Assembly (NCBI RefSeq): GCF_009914755.1
Contig: NC_060940.1
DNA from: the human T2T-CHM13v2.0 reference genome, Homo sapiens
Direction: 5' to 3' (one strand)
DNA: 64,000 bases
The first letter of the stretch is position 1. Every line of letters starts with the position of its first letter. The position numbers and the translations under genes were made by a program. Shown piece by piece: positions 1 to 13,104 of this stretch. The notes beneath the pieces are model-generated. The model made no database searches, had not been told where the DNA came from, and saw only the letters and a program-made list of their open reading frames with translations.

Positions 1-282
1 CCAAAATACAACCCCCACCCCAAAAGAGCTGGGAGGGGGAATGTGTTTCATTTGACTCAGGCAGAAAGATAAACTTGTTCCTCCCAAGAAGAGGTACATT
101 TCCCTTGATGACTCCAAGTCCTACATTCAGAGCTCCTGGTAAGAGCTCCTAGCTAAGGATGGACAGCTTCTGTGGAAGTCTTTGCAGATCATAACAGGTG
201 GTTTTCTTTTTGTTTATGTTTTACAGTGTTGATGGTAGCTTCACGGTGTGGTGTTGTCTCCTACTTATGTGTAACACTTTTG

Positions 283-588
283 TTCTTCTCTTCTTTCATC
301 CGTCTCTCCCTCCCTTTTTTCCCTCCTTTCTTCCTTGCTTTTTTTCTATCTTCCCTTCTTTCCCTTCCTTCCTTCCCTTCTTCTCTCCTTCCTTCCATCC
401 TTCTTTCCTTCCTTCCTTTCTTCCCTCCTTCCTTCCATCCTTCTTTCCATCCATTCTTACTTCCATTCTTTTCTTCTTTCCTTTTTTCCTTCCTTCCTTC
501 CATCCTTCCCTCCCTCCCTCCCTTCTCCTTCCTTCCTTCCTTTCTTCCTTCCTTCCTTCCCTTCCCCCCTCCCTCCCTCCCTTTCTTC
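283..588. repeat. Polypyrimidine (CCTT/CTTT/CCCT)n low-complexity tract
   Basis: About 300 bp of almost pure C/T on the + strand, directly abutting the 3' tail of an L2. Confidence 0.95.
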
Positions 589-1230
589 AATACACATTCA
601 CTGAGCACCTACTCTATGTCAAACTCTGTTCTATATTCTGGGAGTACAGCAGCAAGGTAGGCAGACAAGGTCCCTGGCCTTATGTGATTTACATTCCATA
701 AAGAAACTACAGACAATCAACAATCAACTACAGACTCACCACCAACAATACTTTAAATAGTGTTAAGCGCTATGAAGGAAAAAATGCAGGAGTGTCACGG
801 GGTGAGGCAGGAGTTTCATGGTGTTGGCTGGAGAGGTGGCGGTGGGGGTGTCCATACTAGGTTGGACAGTGAGGAAAGGTGCCCCTGATGCTGTCTGTGA
901 ATGAGGGGAAAAGCAGTAAAAGGAAAGGTCAGGACGGAGGACGGGGAGTGGCATGGGATCCTACAGGACATGATTTTAGATTTTCCTCGGGTAAGTTGGG
1001 AGCTAGGGCAGAGGAGCGGCATGATCCCTCCAGCTGTGGTGGCCATGGGTGGAGGGGCCGAGACAGAGGCAGGAAGGCTGATGCAATGATCTGGGTGGGA
1101 GACTGGCAGAGTGAAAGCAGTGGAGACAGTAAGGCTGGGGGATCCTGGATGAATTTTGAAGGTAGAGCTGGATTTGCTTAGGAACTGGAGAAAGTTAGTG
1201 TCATCCTTGGGTGATGACAAGGTGAGTATG
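589..1230 (-). mobile_element. L2 LINE 3' fragment
   Basis: cattcactgagcacctactctatgtc...gacaaggtccctggcc matches the reverse-complemented L2 3' end; further L2-like sequence (gaattttgaaggtagagc) runs to about 1.2 kb. Confidence 0.75.
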
Positions 1231-1796
1231 AGTGAATGATCTGCAGCTCTCCCCTGGGAGTGAGACCTTTACGGCTTCCATGCGTGCCTCTGCTTTGGAA
1301 GCAAAGGCAGGGAAGCTAACATGTTGACCTCCTTCCAGAGCTTTCTGGTGGCCAGGAGAGAAGGCACCCTCCTGGAACGTTTATCCTTGCTACCCCTGCC
1401 AGGCGCCTCTCTGCAGAGTGTCCCTACCCCCTTTTTGCACAGGGTAAAAAATACATATATGCCTTGATTTTCATTGATCCATCCTGAATCAATGCTTTTA
1501 AAAAATCTCACGCACATTTGGCTTAAGAGCCAAAGCATGCATTTTATGTTTTGACATGGTGTCATCGATCTGAGGCACGTGTGTGTGTGCCCCACCTGCC
1601 CAAGACCCCCGCCCATCCCCCCGGTGGCCGCCCTGTGATTCTGCGTCCTTAATGGCCTTGCCCCTGCCTGCACCTTCAATGCCTCCCCTGGCCCTCAGCA
1701 TGGGGCCCTTTCTCGGGTTTTTTGAAAGAATCGATAAGGTGCCGGGGCCTCCTGCGGCTGCTTGTCACTCACACTCCACCATATAATAAATTATGT

Positions 1797-1832
1797 ATCT
1801 CTCTCTCTCTCGCTCTCTCTCGCTCTCGCTCT
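1797..1832. repeat. (CT)n microsatellite with CTCG variants
   Basis: tatctctctctctctcgctctctctcgctctcgctct. Confidence 0.85.
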
Positions 1833-2454
1833 AATTTTTATTGCGTTTGTTGATGGCTCTGTGATGGTTGACTTTGCCCAGGCTCAGAGGCAGGGTGCAG
1901 TTGAACTTTAGTGAGGACATGGAGAAGGGGCAGCAGTCTTAGGAAAAGGGGCCATGGGGGCAGTGGGGGAAGAGGAGAAGGCATTAGCTGCAGACTATGA
2001 AAATGGGCTTGCTCTGAGCCTCTGGGGCTCAGGAGAGCTAAACTGCTTCCTGTGGTCCTGGGACCTCCTCGGTGGGACAGGGCTGGATCAGAAACCCCCC
2101 AGGTTTCAGCCGACGAAGAAGACACATATTTCTGGGGGGAAAGGGAGAGATTAAGGTGGCATACAATAGCATCTCCTGCTGGGTGTTCTACCCTGACTTT
2201 TGGGCCAACAGGGAACTTTGCTGAGGCTGGGTCAAGCCATGGGTGTGGAAACAGTGGGTGTGCTGGGGAGTGGGCTTCCTCACTCAGGGGCCTCCCGAAC
2301 ACCCATCCTGAATGATGTGTTAAAAGAACAGTAGGCAGGAATGCAGGAGGCCCAATCCCTTGGCCCCAGTTACTGTGTAACAAGAAACAAGCTTGTTCTC
2401 TTCCCTCAAATGTATAACCAGGAGATTAAAGTAGCTGATACTTCCAACAGTGGC

Positions 2455-2660
2455 CAATTATTGAGCACTCGCCATGTACTCTCTCAGGTCATCTCCACAA
2501 CAACCTTCAGGCATGGGCAATCGCAATCCCAATTTACAGATGAGCAAACTGAGGCCAGAACGGTTAAGTTGGTTGCCCAAGGTTGCGTGGCCAGAAGTGA
2601 GCAAGATTTGAACCAAGGCCTATCTGGCTCCAGAGGCCATGGTCCTAGTGGCTCTGCCTT
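2455..2660 (-). mobile_element. MIR SINE
   Basis: Core cccaatttacagatgagcaaactgaggccagaacggttaagttggttgcccaagg. Confidence 0.85.
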
Positions 2661-3594
2661 GCTAACTATTTTTGTTGTTCCTGAGACCCCTGCTCTTTGC
2701 CTCTTTGGTTCTCTTAGAATCTGTCCCCGTGGCCTTTGCACCCTCTGTCCCATTAGTGACCTCAGTCACTAATGTCTGGTTTGCCTCACCTCCTCGTTGC
2801 TTTTTCAGCTCCTCTAACATATTTGTGGCCCACTCTCTGAATTCGCTTCCCTCTGTTGAGTTCCTGGAGTGGGTTTTGTTTGCCTGGATGCATTTTGAGG
2901 GACAGATTCAAGGGGCAGCCACTACTCAGTGCCAGCTAGCTATTGCTCATCAGTAGCAGGCCCGTGGGCCTAGCATGGCCTGCTCTTCTAATTCTCAAGC
3001 AAAGCCAAGTGTCTGGATTTTTATACAATGCCTCATTTTTGCATGTTAACACCAATTTAAGCTTTAAAACAACATTCCAAAGACTGAATACAACCGGTCC
3101 ATGGGTCCCAGTTTGCAACTCTGCTCCTTATCGTGACTTAATGTTTTTTGCTGCTGTTTCCTTCTTTCAGTACTTGGGTCAGGTCCTAAGGAGGGGAGTC
3201 GGTTTAGTCAGCTCATGCCTTATGCTAGGTCAGTCACTGACCATTCAATGGATTCTCTGCCTTTGAATTGGGTGCCCTCCCTTGGCTGAACACCTAAGGT
3301 TAGGGGGTGATCTCATGGCACAAAACCACATTGATTAAGCCTGTCTATTTGGCAAGATGGCTTGCCTTTTAATCCAGTGTTCTTTCCATCTTACTTCTTA
3401 GGCTTCCTTTGTTAGTCAGTACTTTGTTTTATTTTGTTGAGAATCAAAGCCAGGACTATAACCTAGATCTCCAGATTTGGATAAATCTATTAGGACTTCA
3501 ACTTATTTTTATGAAAGACCAAAGGCTCAGGGCTTCTTTCTGATGATCCTTCTAGGCCTCGTGGTCTACGGTTCTAGAGATGTCCTTTCTGTAG

Positions 3595-3609
3595 CATCCA
3601 TCCATCCAT

Positions 3610-3645
<36 letters not shown>

Positions 3646-3915
3646 CCATTGATCCATTTATCCCATCTGTCCAACCATTCATACATGCATGCACTCATCT
3701 ATCCTTTCATCCATCTATCCATTCATCTGTCCATCTATCCATCCATCCATCCATTGATCCATTTATCCCATCTATCTATCCATCCATCCATCCATCCATT
3801 GATCCATTTTTCCCATCTATCCAACCCACTATCCCATCCATCCATCCATGCATGCACTCATCCATTCATCCATCTATCCATCCATTCATTCATCCATCCA
3901 GTATTCATCCATCCA
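3595..3915. repeat. (CCAT)n/(TCAT)n tetranucleotide repeat
   Basis: About 320 bp of degenerate CATC repeats. Confidence 0.95.
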
Positions 3916-4445
3916 GCAAATATTTATTAATTATCTATTATGCAGCATACCAGGCACTGTACTGCGCTGTATAAAGTAGTAAATGACACAGATCAGCACT
4001 GTCCCCATAGAACTACATTCTAGTCAGAAGAAAGAGACAATAAATAAGCAAATAAGTACATATATCAGGTAATTTTAGATAGTGATAAGTGCTATAAAAT
4101 AAAGAAAACCAAATAGAAAAATAGGACCAAGGGTGAAGGGATACTGTAGGGTGGCTGGTTAGGAAAAGCCTGTTTGAGGATGACATTGGAGTTCAGATTC
4201 GAAAGTAGATCTGAGGAGAGAATATTGTACATAGACAATATTCTAGATAGAGGGTCAGTGAGTATAAAGACACTGAGAGTGAAAGAAGGAGCAGAATGAA
4301 GGCCAGAGTGGTTGGATCCACAAGGGATACAGTGATAGGTGATAAAGATGGAGATATAGCTGGGCCCAGATCTTCCAGAGCTTTGTAAGCCATTGAAAGA
4401 ACTTGAAGTTTGATTCTGAGTACCTGGGAAGCCATCTCTGACCAG
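3916..4445 (-). mobile_element. L2 LINE 3' fragment
   Basis: caaatatttattaattatctattatgc...caggcactgt...catagaactacattctagt...gataagtgctataaa, typical antisense L2a. Confidence 0.8.
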
Positions 4446-4699
4446 GGGAACTCCTTTGCCTATCCATGTAGCTGTGACCACTGCCTGGGTATTATATCCC
4501 TACAGAGACCAGAAGCAACTGATGTGGTGGGCCAGGTCCCAGAAGTAAGCCTGTGTCATGAATGTGGGAGGCTGGACATCCCACTTGGCCTGGGTGAAGC
4601 TCTGAGACTTATGCTTTCAGCTGCGCCTGTGCTTCAGGATTCAGGTGGGGAGAAAAGTCATGAGGTCAGGCAATTCATGCTGGCGGCTAGGGGTCGGCT

Positions 4700-4892
4700 A
4701 AGCTGGGGTTAGGTCCTGACTCTGCTACTTACTACTGATGACCTTGCACAAGTTACCTACCTCCTTGAGCACCAGTTTTCCCATCTGTAAAAGGGACACA
4801 ATCACAATGCCCTCCTGTGGCTGTTGAAATGATTAAGTGAGATAATGTACAGAAGAGCTGAGCACATGGAGCTCAATATATTTTAGTTATTT
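4700..4892 (+). mobile_element. MIR SINE
   Basis: gaccttgcacaagttacctacctccttgagcaccagttttcccatctgtaaaaggg. Confidence 0.8.
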
Positions 4893-5419
4893 TTTCCCAT
4901 GATCATAATATATCAAGAGCAGAACTCTCTGGAGTTTGGGTTCTTGTGGAAGGAGGCAGGGCGGGGATCCTGGGTACCATTTGTTTTAGTCCAGGCCTCT
5001 ATTAGAGGCAGAACTACTGTCTGAGACAGCTGTCTCTGCCCCCAGCTTAGAGTGTAACCTTGGGATCCTCATCTGTAACATGAGGGAAATAGGCTCAGTA
5101 CCCTCTTTGACCTTCCCCTGTGACATTCCGAGGCTCAACTCTGACCACTCCCAGAGGTGGGACTGAGTCTGCCCTGTACTGTGGGGAAGTCACTCAGCCC
5201 TTGAGGCTCAAGGTTGGCTGAGGGTCGTCTGTGGGCTTGAAGTCATCCAAGGTAGGATCCTCAACTCCTAGTCAGCTAAGATAAAGGTCCTTGGTAACCA
5301 ACTGAGAAGAAGCTGGTTAAGAGCAAATAATGGTTCCCATTGTGCTTAGACTATATTTCAATCAGCCAACCCAGCATCCATCCATCTGCAAAAAACCCAA
5401 ACTTCTAGCACACTGTGTT

Positions 5420-5555
5420 CCCAGCATGGTGCAAAATTAATTTCTGACAACTCTTTGAAATAGATTTCTTCATTTTATAGATGAGAAAACCAAGAATCTA
5501 GGAGGTCAAATGGATTATCCAAGGTCACACAGCTAATGCATGTCAGGATCTCAAC
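5420..5555 (-). mobile_element. MIR SINE fragment
   Basis: cattttatagatgagaaaacc...ccaaggtcacacagctaa. Confidence 0.75.
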
Positions 5556-5589
5556 TCTTTCCTGTTCTCCATGCCTTCACTGCTTCCCA

Positions 5590-5830
5590 ACCAAGGCCAC
5601 CACTGTCTCTCATCTGGAAGACATCGATAGCCTCCCCACTGGCCTTCGGGCTTCCACTCTGCCTCCCTCCAATCCATTTTCTACAATAAAGACAGACTGA
5701 TTAAAAAAAAAAATAGAAACGTCATACCTTGTATGTACCAGGCTGTAACCTAGGTGCTGGGGATACAGCAGTGCAAGGTGTCTTCATGCTACTCTGGCTT
5801 CCTGTTGCTCACAGGATAAAATTCAACATA
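5590..5830 (+). mobile_element. L2 fragment
   Basis: gccaccactgtctctcatctgga...agcctccccactggcc...ccaatccattttctac, an L2 ORF2 3' region pattern. Confidence 0.6.
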
Positions 5831-5844
5831 CCAAGTGTCTTGAC

Positions 5845-6010
5845 TGCGGTAGGGGCAGTGGGAGTATCCTGCCCTAGGGTCAGGCAATAAGGGTTTTTCT
5901 CTGGAGAATGTAAACACAATAATAAAACCAACTAAAAACTGATCTTTCTTTATGATCATCCTGCACCAGCAATTCTACACAATGTTAGTAATAAAATACT
6001 CCTCTCTGCT
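5845..6010 (+). mobile_element. hAT-Tip100 DNA transposon fragment (Arthur1-like)
   Basis: ggggcagtgggagtatcctgccctagggtcaggcaataaggg...acaataataaaaccaactaaaa...caattctacacaatgttagtaataaaatactcc resembles the remembered Arthur1 5' end. Confidence 0.55.
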
Positions 6011-6021
6011 TGACCTGTAAG

Positions 6022-6097
6022 TGGGTGGCCATATAATTGATCATTACTAATAATTACATCAAGACAATAGGCATAAACAGAGACATCTAAGGCCCTA
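6022..6097 (+). mobile_element. MER81-like hAT-Blackjack MITE, internally deleted
   Basis: gggtggccatataatt...taataattacatcaagacaataggcataaac...cccta, flanked by the exact 8-bp TSD CCTGTAAG (6014-6021, 6098-6105). Confidence 0.65.
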
Positions 6098-6479
6098 CCT
6101 GTAAGGCCCTACCTGTAAGGCCCTATGGAATCTGTCCCTGCCTACCTCTTTTACCTGATATCTTTAAAGTTTCTACCTCATTTAAGCAAAAAGGCCCACT
6201 TTTGACTCTATACTCATTTCCAACTTCTCCTTACCTTGGGGCTCTGCCTAAGACCTAAAGGATGGCACTTGTCCAGAGAAGGGGACTGGGCACTGCAGCC
6301 AGAGGGAGGGACAAGGCTCAGGGCTTTGTAGCACTTCCCTTGGTTCTCATCCAGGATCTGCAGGCCATGGGAACTAATTAGGGTCTTGGCTGAAATATTG
6401 CATCCTCAGAGAGGCCCTGTCTAAGCCCAGAAAACCAGGAAGTCTCTAGTGCATAGTTCTTTCCCTTTATGTCTCTTAT

Positions 6480-6692
6480 GACAATGGTGATTGTTTTGTT
6501 ACTGGTGTGGTTACTATTTTATGACCCTCTCTTCTAGCAGTCTCTAAGTGCCATGACATTGGAGGCCATGCCTGATTTGCTCATGATTGTACTCCCAACA
6601 CCTAACACGGTGCCTGGCACATGGTAGACACTCACTAAGCATTGCTGGAATGGATGGATGGATGGATGGATGGATAGACGGATGGATGAATG
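6480..6692 (+). mobile_element. L2 3' end with (GGAT)n tail
   Basis: cacctaacacggtgcctggcacatggtagacactcactaagcattgctggaatggatggatgg... Confidence 0.8.
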
Positions 6693-6859
6693 GTGAAGCT
6701 GAGATCCAAATCTAGGCTGACTCAAAAGCCCATGATCTTCCCACCATCTTAATTCCAAGGCTGCCAGCATGGTTGAAAAATCAGATTATATCCAGGCAGG
6801 AGGGCCTTCTTGTCAAAGTCAAGGCCAAGATCAATGGGGGAAAGGATCAGGTAAAAGCA

Positions 6860-7570
6860 AAAGATCCAGATGTGCAAATTCCCTTCAATGAGGCAGATGT
6901 GACCCAGTGATTCCATGCCAGGCGTAACCGTTGCATCTGGTTGCTCATTTCCATTAAAGGAATTGTAGCAGGTGCAAAAACCGGAGATTATCCCAAGAAT
7001 TAAGATATGAAAAGCATGTTAGATCACTAAATTCCAATTAGGGAAATTAAATTGTGCACACTCCCTTCCTGACGCAATATTGGGAGCTTGCATTAGCTCT
7101 GGGCTCCGGTTCTAATAAAATTAGAGAATAACACTTTAATTGAATTGTGCTTAAAAGGATCATGCTGACAAATGTGATTGTATCTGGCTGGGATGCACAC
7201 CTTCTCCAGCAATCATTAAATCCAATGAAATGCCAGTCTCAGGATCCTGACAGTTTTCTGAAACAATCTGTGAACCGTGCTGTATCTTGGAGTATCTAAT
7301 CAATTTAGAGCCGCCTCATTAGGACTTGGCTGCTAACGGATACTTAAAAATCAAAGCAAATTACTGCACTCCATGGATAACTAGCTAATCATATCGATAC
7401 AACACGGCTGGACTGTGTTGCAACAATTCATTTCCTCTTTAAGAAGCCACTGTCACCTATAATTTAGGGATTGAGATTCATAAGCCTGATGCAGACAGCT
7501 CCGATGTCAAGGATTTTCCCGAGCACAGGGCCAAGGGGTGCACATCACCCCAGCTAATTAGGATAAGCTA
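6860..7570. promoter_or_regulatory. Candidate conserved non-coding element / developmental enhancer
   Basis: About 700 bp with no recognisable repeat, dense in TAAT/ATTA cores: TAATTGAATTG 7137, ATCAAAG 7350, CTAATTAG 7554, TGACAG. Function is inferred. Confidence 0.45.
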
Positions 7571-7949
7571 AAGCCAGCCTCTGACCCCCATCATTCACAC
7601 CCTACCTCATTCCCAGATATTGAGCCCAAGACTCTGTTGTGCAAAAGAAGAATCAGAGGTTCCGAGATGGGTAGCAACTTTCCCAAGATCACACAGCAAA
7701 TGAGTGGCAGGGTCAAGATTTTGCCCTTCTTGACATCACATCAGACTTTCCAATATAATTTCAACAGAAAATTAGAACAGTGATTTTTCTTTCATCGATA
7801 GTTTACGTGAGTCCCATTTTAATGATCTTACTAATAATGAACATCACCATCTTCATTATAATACCAATGGCCTATCCTTATACAGAACTTATTAGAAATA
7901 GAATTCATTTAATCCTCTCAACATTCCTAGAGGTATGTTCTGTGATTAT

Positions 7950-8335
7950 TGTGATAGGTGTTAATGCTGTCTACTAAATATGTCTGGCTCTCCTGCTCCA
8001 GGATACATGGTAGGTCTGTACTTCTTGGCTTCCTGGGGTCAAATTGGCCAGGTGGCTGGTTCTAGCCAAAGAGTTGTGAATTGAAGGACTGTGTGTTATT
8101 TACAGGCAGAGCATTTAATTTATGTTTCAAGATCTCTACCATTCTTTTTTCCTCTGCTTCATCAGGCTGAAATATTTGAGTCAGTGGCTGCCCCGAATAC
8201 AGTAAGCAGAAGCTCCTAGCTAACCAACAATGGTGAAGTGGCATGAATTAAAAGTAAACCTGTGCTTTTGGAAGCCTCTGAGATTTTGGGTTTGTTTGTT
8301 ATTGCAGCATAACCCAGCTTGTCCCGACTGATGGA
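7950..8335 (+). mobile_element. MLT1 (J/I-type) MaLR solo LTR inserted in a MIR
   Basis: Ends agcctctgagattttgggtttgtttgttattgcagcataacccagcttgtcccgactga; approximate 5-bp TSD attat/atcat; MIR halves on both sides. Confidence 0.8.
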
Positions 8336-9577
8336 ATCATCACCCCCATTTTACACATGAGGAAACAAAAGCACACAGACATGAAGTGGCTAGAGCTAGG
8401 TCATATTCGGACCTGTTGGTCAATTTCTCCACAGCCCGGATGTCTCTTTGGGCCTGCAGAGTCACAGTGAGTGATGGGTGCTGGGAGCTGCTTTTCAGAG
8501 ATACAGGTCAGGCGTGTTGAGACCACTTGCCCCTGCCACTCAGCTCATGCTTGGGCAGATGTACTTTTTAATCTGCTCTTTTTTAGGCATGTGAACCACT
8601 GGCTGCTCTGAAAAAAGTCCTTTTAATGTCTTCAGAGATAAACTCATCTCATCTTCAAAGATGCGAGTCCATGCTTCACCAAAAGGAGTCTCTTTGATGG
8701 AGAAATTCCAGGCACAGGGAAGGCCTAAGCGGGAAGCTACATTCCACAGGGACCTTTCTGCACCCACCCTCCGAGCCTGACTATGCTGGCAGCCATGGGT
8801 TTTAGCTATGGATGAGGAAGACTCTGCAGCTATGCTCTCCTGAGAGTGCCGTGCCATTGGCCTTGCAGAACCTCTAAGGTGTTGGCTGCTTGGAGTTCCA
8901 GGAGCAGTTTGAGGGGTGGGGTTGGGGGAGGGAATCTGAGACCCCAGAGCTTGAAGAAGGAGTGGAGGAGAAAGTTTGTAGAAATTGTATACAGCTTCAG
9001 GAAATGTATACCCTTGGCGAGCCATATCTGAGTCAGTTAAGACAATAATTGCAGGCCTTCCCGACACAGAGAGAGGGCAGGATGGCAGGACCTGCTATTA
9101 TCATGTTCTCTCAGGCACAACAGCTTGTTTACAGGAGGGCTGTGGACTGCAAAGTGATTGTCTGGTGGCTCCGGAGGCAAAGGCTGCTCCCCACACCCCC
9201 TGGTTGGGCCCAAGCCTGGCCATCAACCTCAGTGCTTAATCCTGGGGTGCCCATTGCCAGGATGCTCCAGGGAGCAGCCGCTGGGGTGCAGATGGTTAAC
9301 CAGGTGCCATTATCAGCTCCCATCCATACCTCAAGTCTTCTCCACCTGCCAGAGGCCCAGAGAAAGCCAGCACTGCCCTGGCCGGGATATTTAGTTGGAA
9401 GGCACTTAGGACCTAAAGGCAAGACATCCAAATTCTGGTCTGAACTCACTGCTCACCCACTGTGGGACCCTGGCTGGGTCCTTCCCTATCACATCCTCAG
9501 TAGTCTCATTTTAAAATACAAGAGTCCCAGCAGATCAGCGTTTTTCAAGTTCAGATTATATTTCCAACTCTTTGAGG

Positions 9578-9604
9578 GTGTGTGTGTGTGTGTGTGTGTG
9601 TGTG
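9578..9604. repeat. (GT)n microsatellite
   Basis: Perfect GT run. Confidence 0.95.
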
Positions 9605-9923
9605 CCTTTCTTGTGGATGCCAAGGTTTGACACAGATTATTTTTATTTTAATGTTACTTCCATATTTATACGTATGTCACAAACAACAGAAAACAATGGT
9701 GGCTAATTTAAGCAGAAATCATATTAATGAAAGGATATAGGGTACATTATAGATGGTCCCTGAAGATCACAGAAAAAGAATGGAGGCTTCAGCACATCAA
9801 ACCACATGGCAGAATGGGTCCTGCAGAGCCTGGTGTGGGGCTGCAGCTGGTGTCAATACCAGCGCTATCTCTACAGATACCACCCAGGCTGCCCCCTAGA
9901 TACTGCTGCTGGAGTAGGGGTAG

Positions 9924-10549
<626 letters not shown>

Positions 10550-11039
10550 TGGTTTTCTTAGTTTGCTGAAGGCCTGGTTGCCAACTCTGATGGTTTTCAG
10601 TCCTCATCCTGCTTGCTTTCTGTGTGCGGGGAACAGTGTCCCTCATTCCTGGGTTCCTCCTTGGCCCCTGCCTGTGCTGCTTTTGCTGGCCACCTCGTTT
10701 GGTGTATCCCTGAGAGGTAGCTCCTCTCTGGAGCTCCACCTCCCACCTCAGTGCTCTCCTTGGCCCAAGCCTGGGTATGGGGAGCTCAGTTGTCTGCCAG
10801 GACAGCTCCTGATTGCCCCTCCTCTGGCTCCTCTGCCCTGAGCCTATCTGTCTCTATACCCTCCTCCTCAGTATTTCTTGGGTCACGGCATTTCTCTTGC
10901 CCCAGTTACCCAATCAGTCCGTGTTCCTCCTCATCATGTTGGGTCAATTCTGCCCTCTAGCTCCCTCAAAGCTCACACCTGGGTCTGTTCCACCACCAGA
11001 GATACTTGAAAAAAGGGCTGGGGACCCAGGGTTGAGGAA

Positions 11040-11300
11040 TCAACGTCTCCATACCTAGAAAGGCCACAGTCCACAGTGCAACTCCAAGTGTGCTCCATGG
11101 ACTGACAGCCCTGCCTCTCCTTTTTCTATCACAAGCTTCCAGTCAAAGTCTGGTGAGAGCACATCTGATTGGTGGATCCAGGTCAAGTGATTGTTTTCTA
11201 GCTGCAAGGGAAGATGCGAAAGCATATTCCTGGCATTTCCAGCTTTTCCATTAGGAAGTGGATCCTGATTCATTAGGTGGGGATTCCACAGTCATAGAGG
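11040..11300 (-). mobile_element. Old MLT1 (M/N/O-type) LTR fragment; a probable partner piece lies at about 9670-9800
   Basis: gagcacatctgattggtggatccaggtca...ctagctgcaagggaag...tggcatttccagct. Confidence 0.55.
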
Positions 11301-11856
11301 AAGAGAGTTCAAAGGTCATGAGGTCAGCAAGAGTTCCCTACAAGTTACAAATATAAAACTAGCTTATAGCCCTTATAATGCTATAAAATGCAAACATATT
11401 GATGAATGAAATATAAATTTTAAAGAAGCAGTAACATTCACTTATTAAAACCACTTATTTAAGATGAACAACACTGTTTTGCTGAAACCAAATCACTACT
11501 TGAAGTAAGAATATGATGCTGACTGCTACATCAATGCTCTTCTGAGTTGTGGAAACGTTATGTAATACATTTGCCAATTGGTCTTCATTTGGCACTAAGA
11601 CTTCTTCCCATATTAAGTTTATCTCTGTTCTTTTCTCCTTAGCCCTTGACAATTATACTTGTACTTTTTGATACCAATATGATTGTAGGCACAAAAGCAG
11701 ATATGACATTGGAAAGTGTGGTAGTTCTCAGTTATGTGGTCATCCCAGTGGCCCAGAATATTCTGAAATAGTAATAAATGTGAAAACTCTTTACAGTCTC
11801 CAAAGTATCCTACGATGTAAGAAATTCTCTCCTGAATAGAAATGCTCCTCCTGAAA

Positions 11857-12239
11857 TGGTAGACATCAGTCTTGCTTCACAGTATTTCCAGATCTTCTTC
11901 CTTTCCATATACACAGGGGAATTACATTTCCTTCTCTCTTCAACATCAGGTGTGGTTTTGTGACTTGCCCAGACCAATGACTGTGTCACTTTTGCATGGA
12001 AACATTTCTGAGTTGATTCATGATTTTCAACTTCCCCTTCACACTATCATGATGGCTAGTGATATTCCAGGTGGTGTCTCTGCTATCCTAAGTGAATGAA
12101 GATGACATGGAACAGAGCCCTTGCCAACATATGATGACATGTAGTATAAGTGAGTGAATAAATCTTTCTTATATTAAACCACTGAGGCTTTTAAAGTTAT
12201 TCGTTGCGCAGCATGGCCTAGCCTGTCCTGACTGACACA
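11857..12239 (+). mobile_element. MLT1J-type MaLR solo LTR
   Basis: Ends aataaatctttc...aaccactgagg...gcagcatggcctagcctgtcctgactgacaca. Confidence 0.8.
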
Positions 12240-13104
12240 CTTAGTAAGGCATGGATTACAATTGCTGTCATCTCCTTTTTATACAACAAATACTTCTTCA
12301 TAAGCACAGAGAGTTTGAGAACCTTGCTCAAAGTCAGACAACTAGAAAAATTCAGATACAGGACTCCAATTCCCAGTCCAAGTCATTCCAAATCCCATGC
12401 TTCTCCTAGCAATTCCCAAAGCTGAGAAGACGGAGTTCCAGCAACCAGCAGCAAGGCTGATCGAAAACATGGTATGTCTTAGTGGCTGGAGTCCATGTAT
12501 TTCGAGGCACCAGTGTAAGCGATCATTTTGAGTGCCAAACACATTTGTACTACAGAGCTTCCCAACTTTAACAATGGGGCATTCTGAATCTTTGGATTTA
12601 AAAAGTCATAGTTCTCAAATTCCCCTCCACTGCCGGGGAGGTTGACATGATGATAGATGCATTTGGAGTGGTTGAGCTTCCGTTCCAAGAAGCACTCTGA
12701 GGCCATAAACCTGTTCACAAGAGTGATGTGTGTCCCTGGGTCTGTGGGTGGTCATGCAGTTTTTGAGAGAAGGACTCTACTTTCTGCCTTGAGGGCTCCG
12801 CCCACCTTCACTTGAGAAACAAACCTCTCATCTGGAGGCAGAAAATGTGGCTTATAGGACAGGTGGCTCAGGAAAAACACCAGGGCTGATTGCAATGCTC
12901 CCAGTCACTCCTCGCAGGATGATATTAGGGGGAAGTAGGCAGAAATTGCATATTTTAACCAACATTTTCTCCAAGGGAAGTAACATTTATTGGGGACTTA
13001 GAGCTCAATTCTAGTCACATGTTTTGAGAACCAAGTGCTTCCTATGGGTTCCTGAGCATTTCCAACTTGAGGTTTCTTGCCAAGCCATCTGGGCTGAGAA
13101 CAGG

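Noticed and set aside
172-701. Overlapping ORFs of 89-167 aa
   Set aside because: Translations of the pyrimidine microsatellite (F/L/P/S or K/E/G/R runs).
2960-3125. Possible hAT-Charlie remnant ending ccagtttgcaactctg
   Set aside because: Only one terminus is recognisable and the family could not be assigned.
3477-3974. 165-aa (SIHP)n ORF
   Set aside because: Translation of the (CCAT)n repeat.
8540-9630. 175-aa and 193-aa ORFs
   Set aside because: No recognisable domain or exon structure; expected by chance in GC-rich DNA.
11330-11850. AT-rich block possibly from a hAT transposase
   Set aside because: No convincing motif or termini; needs a Dfam search.
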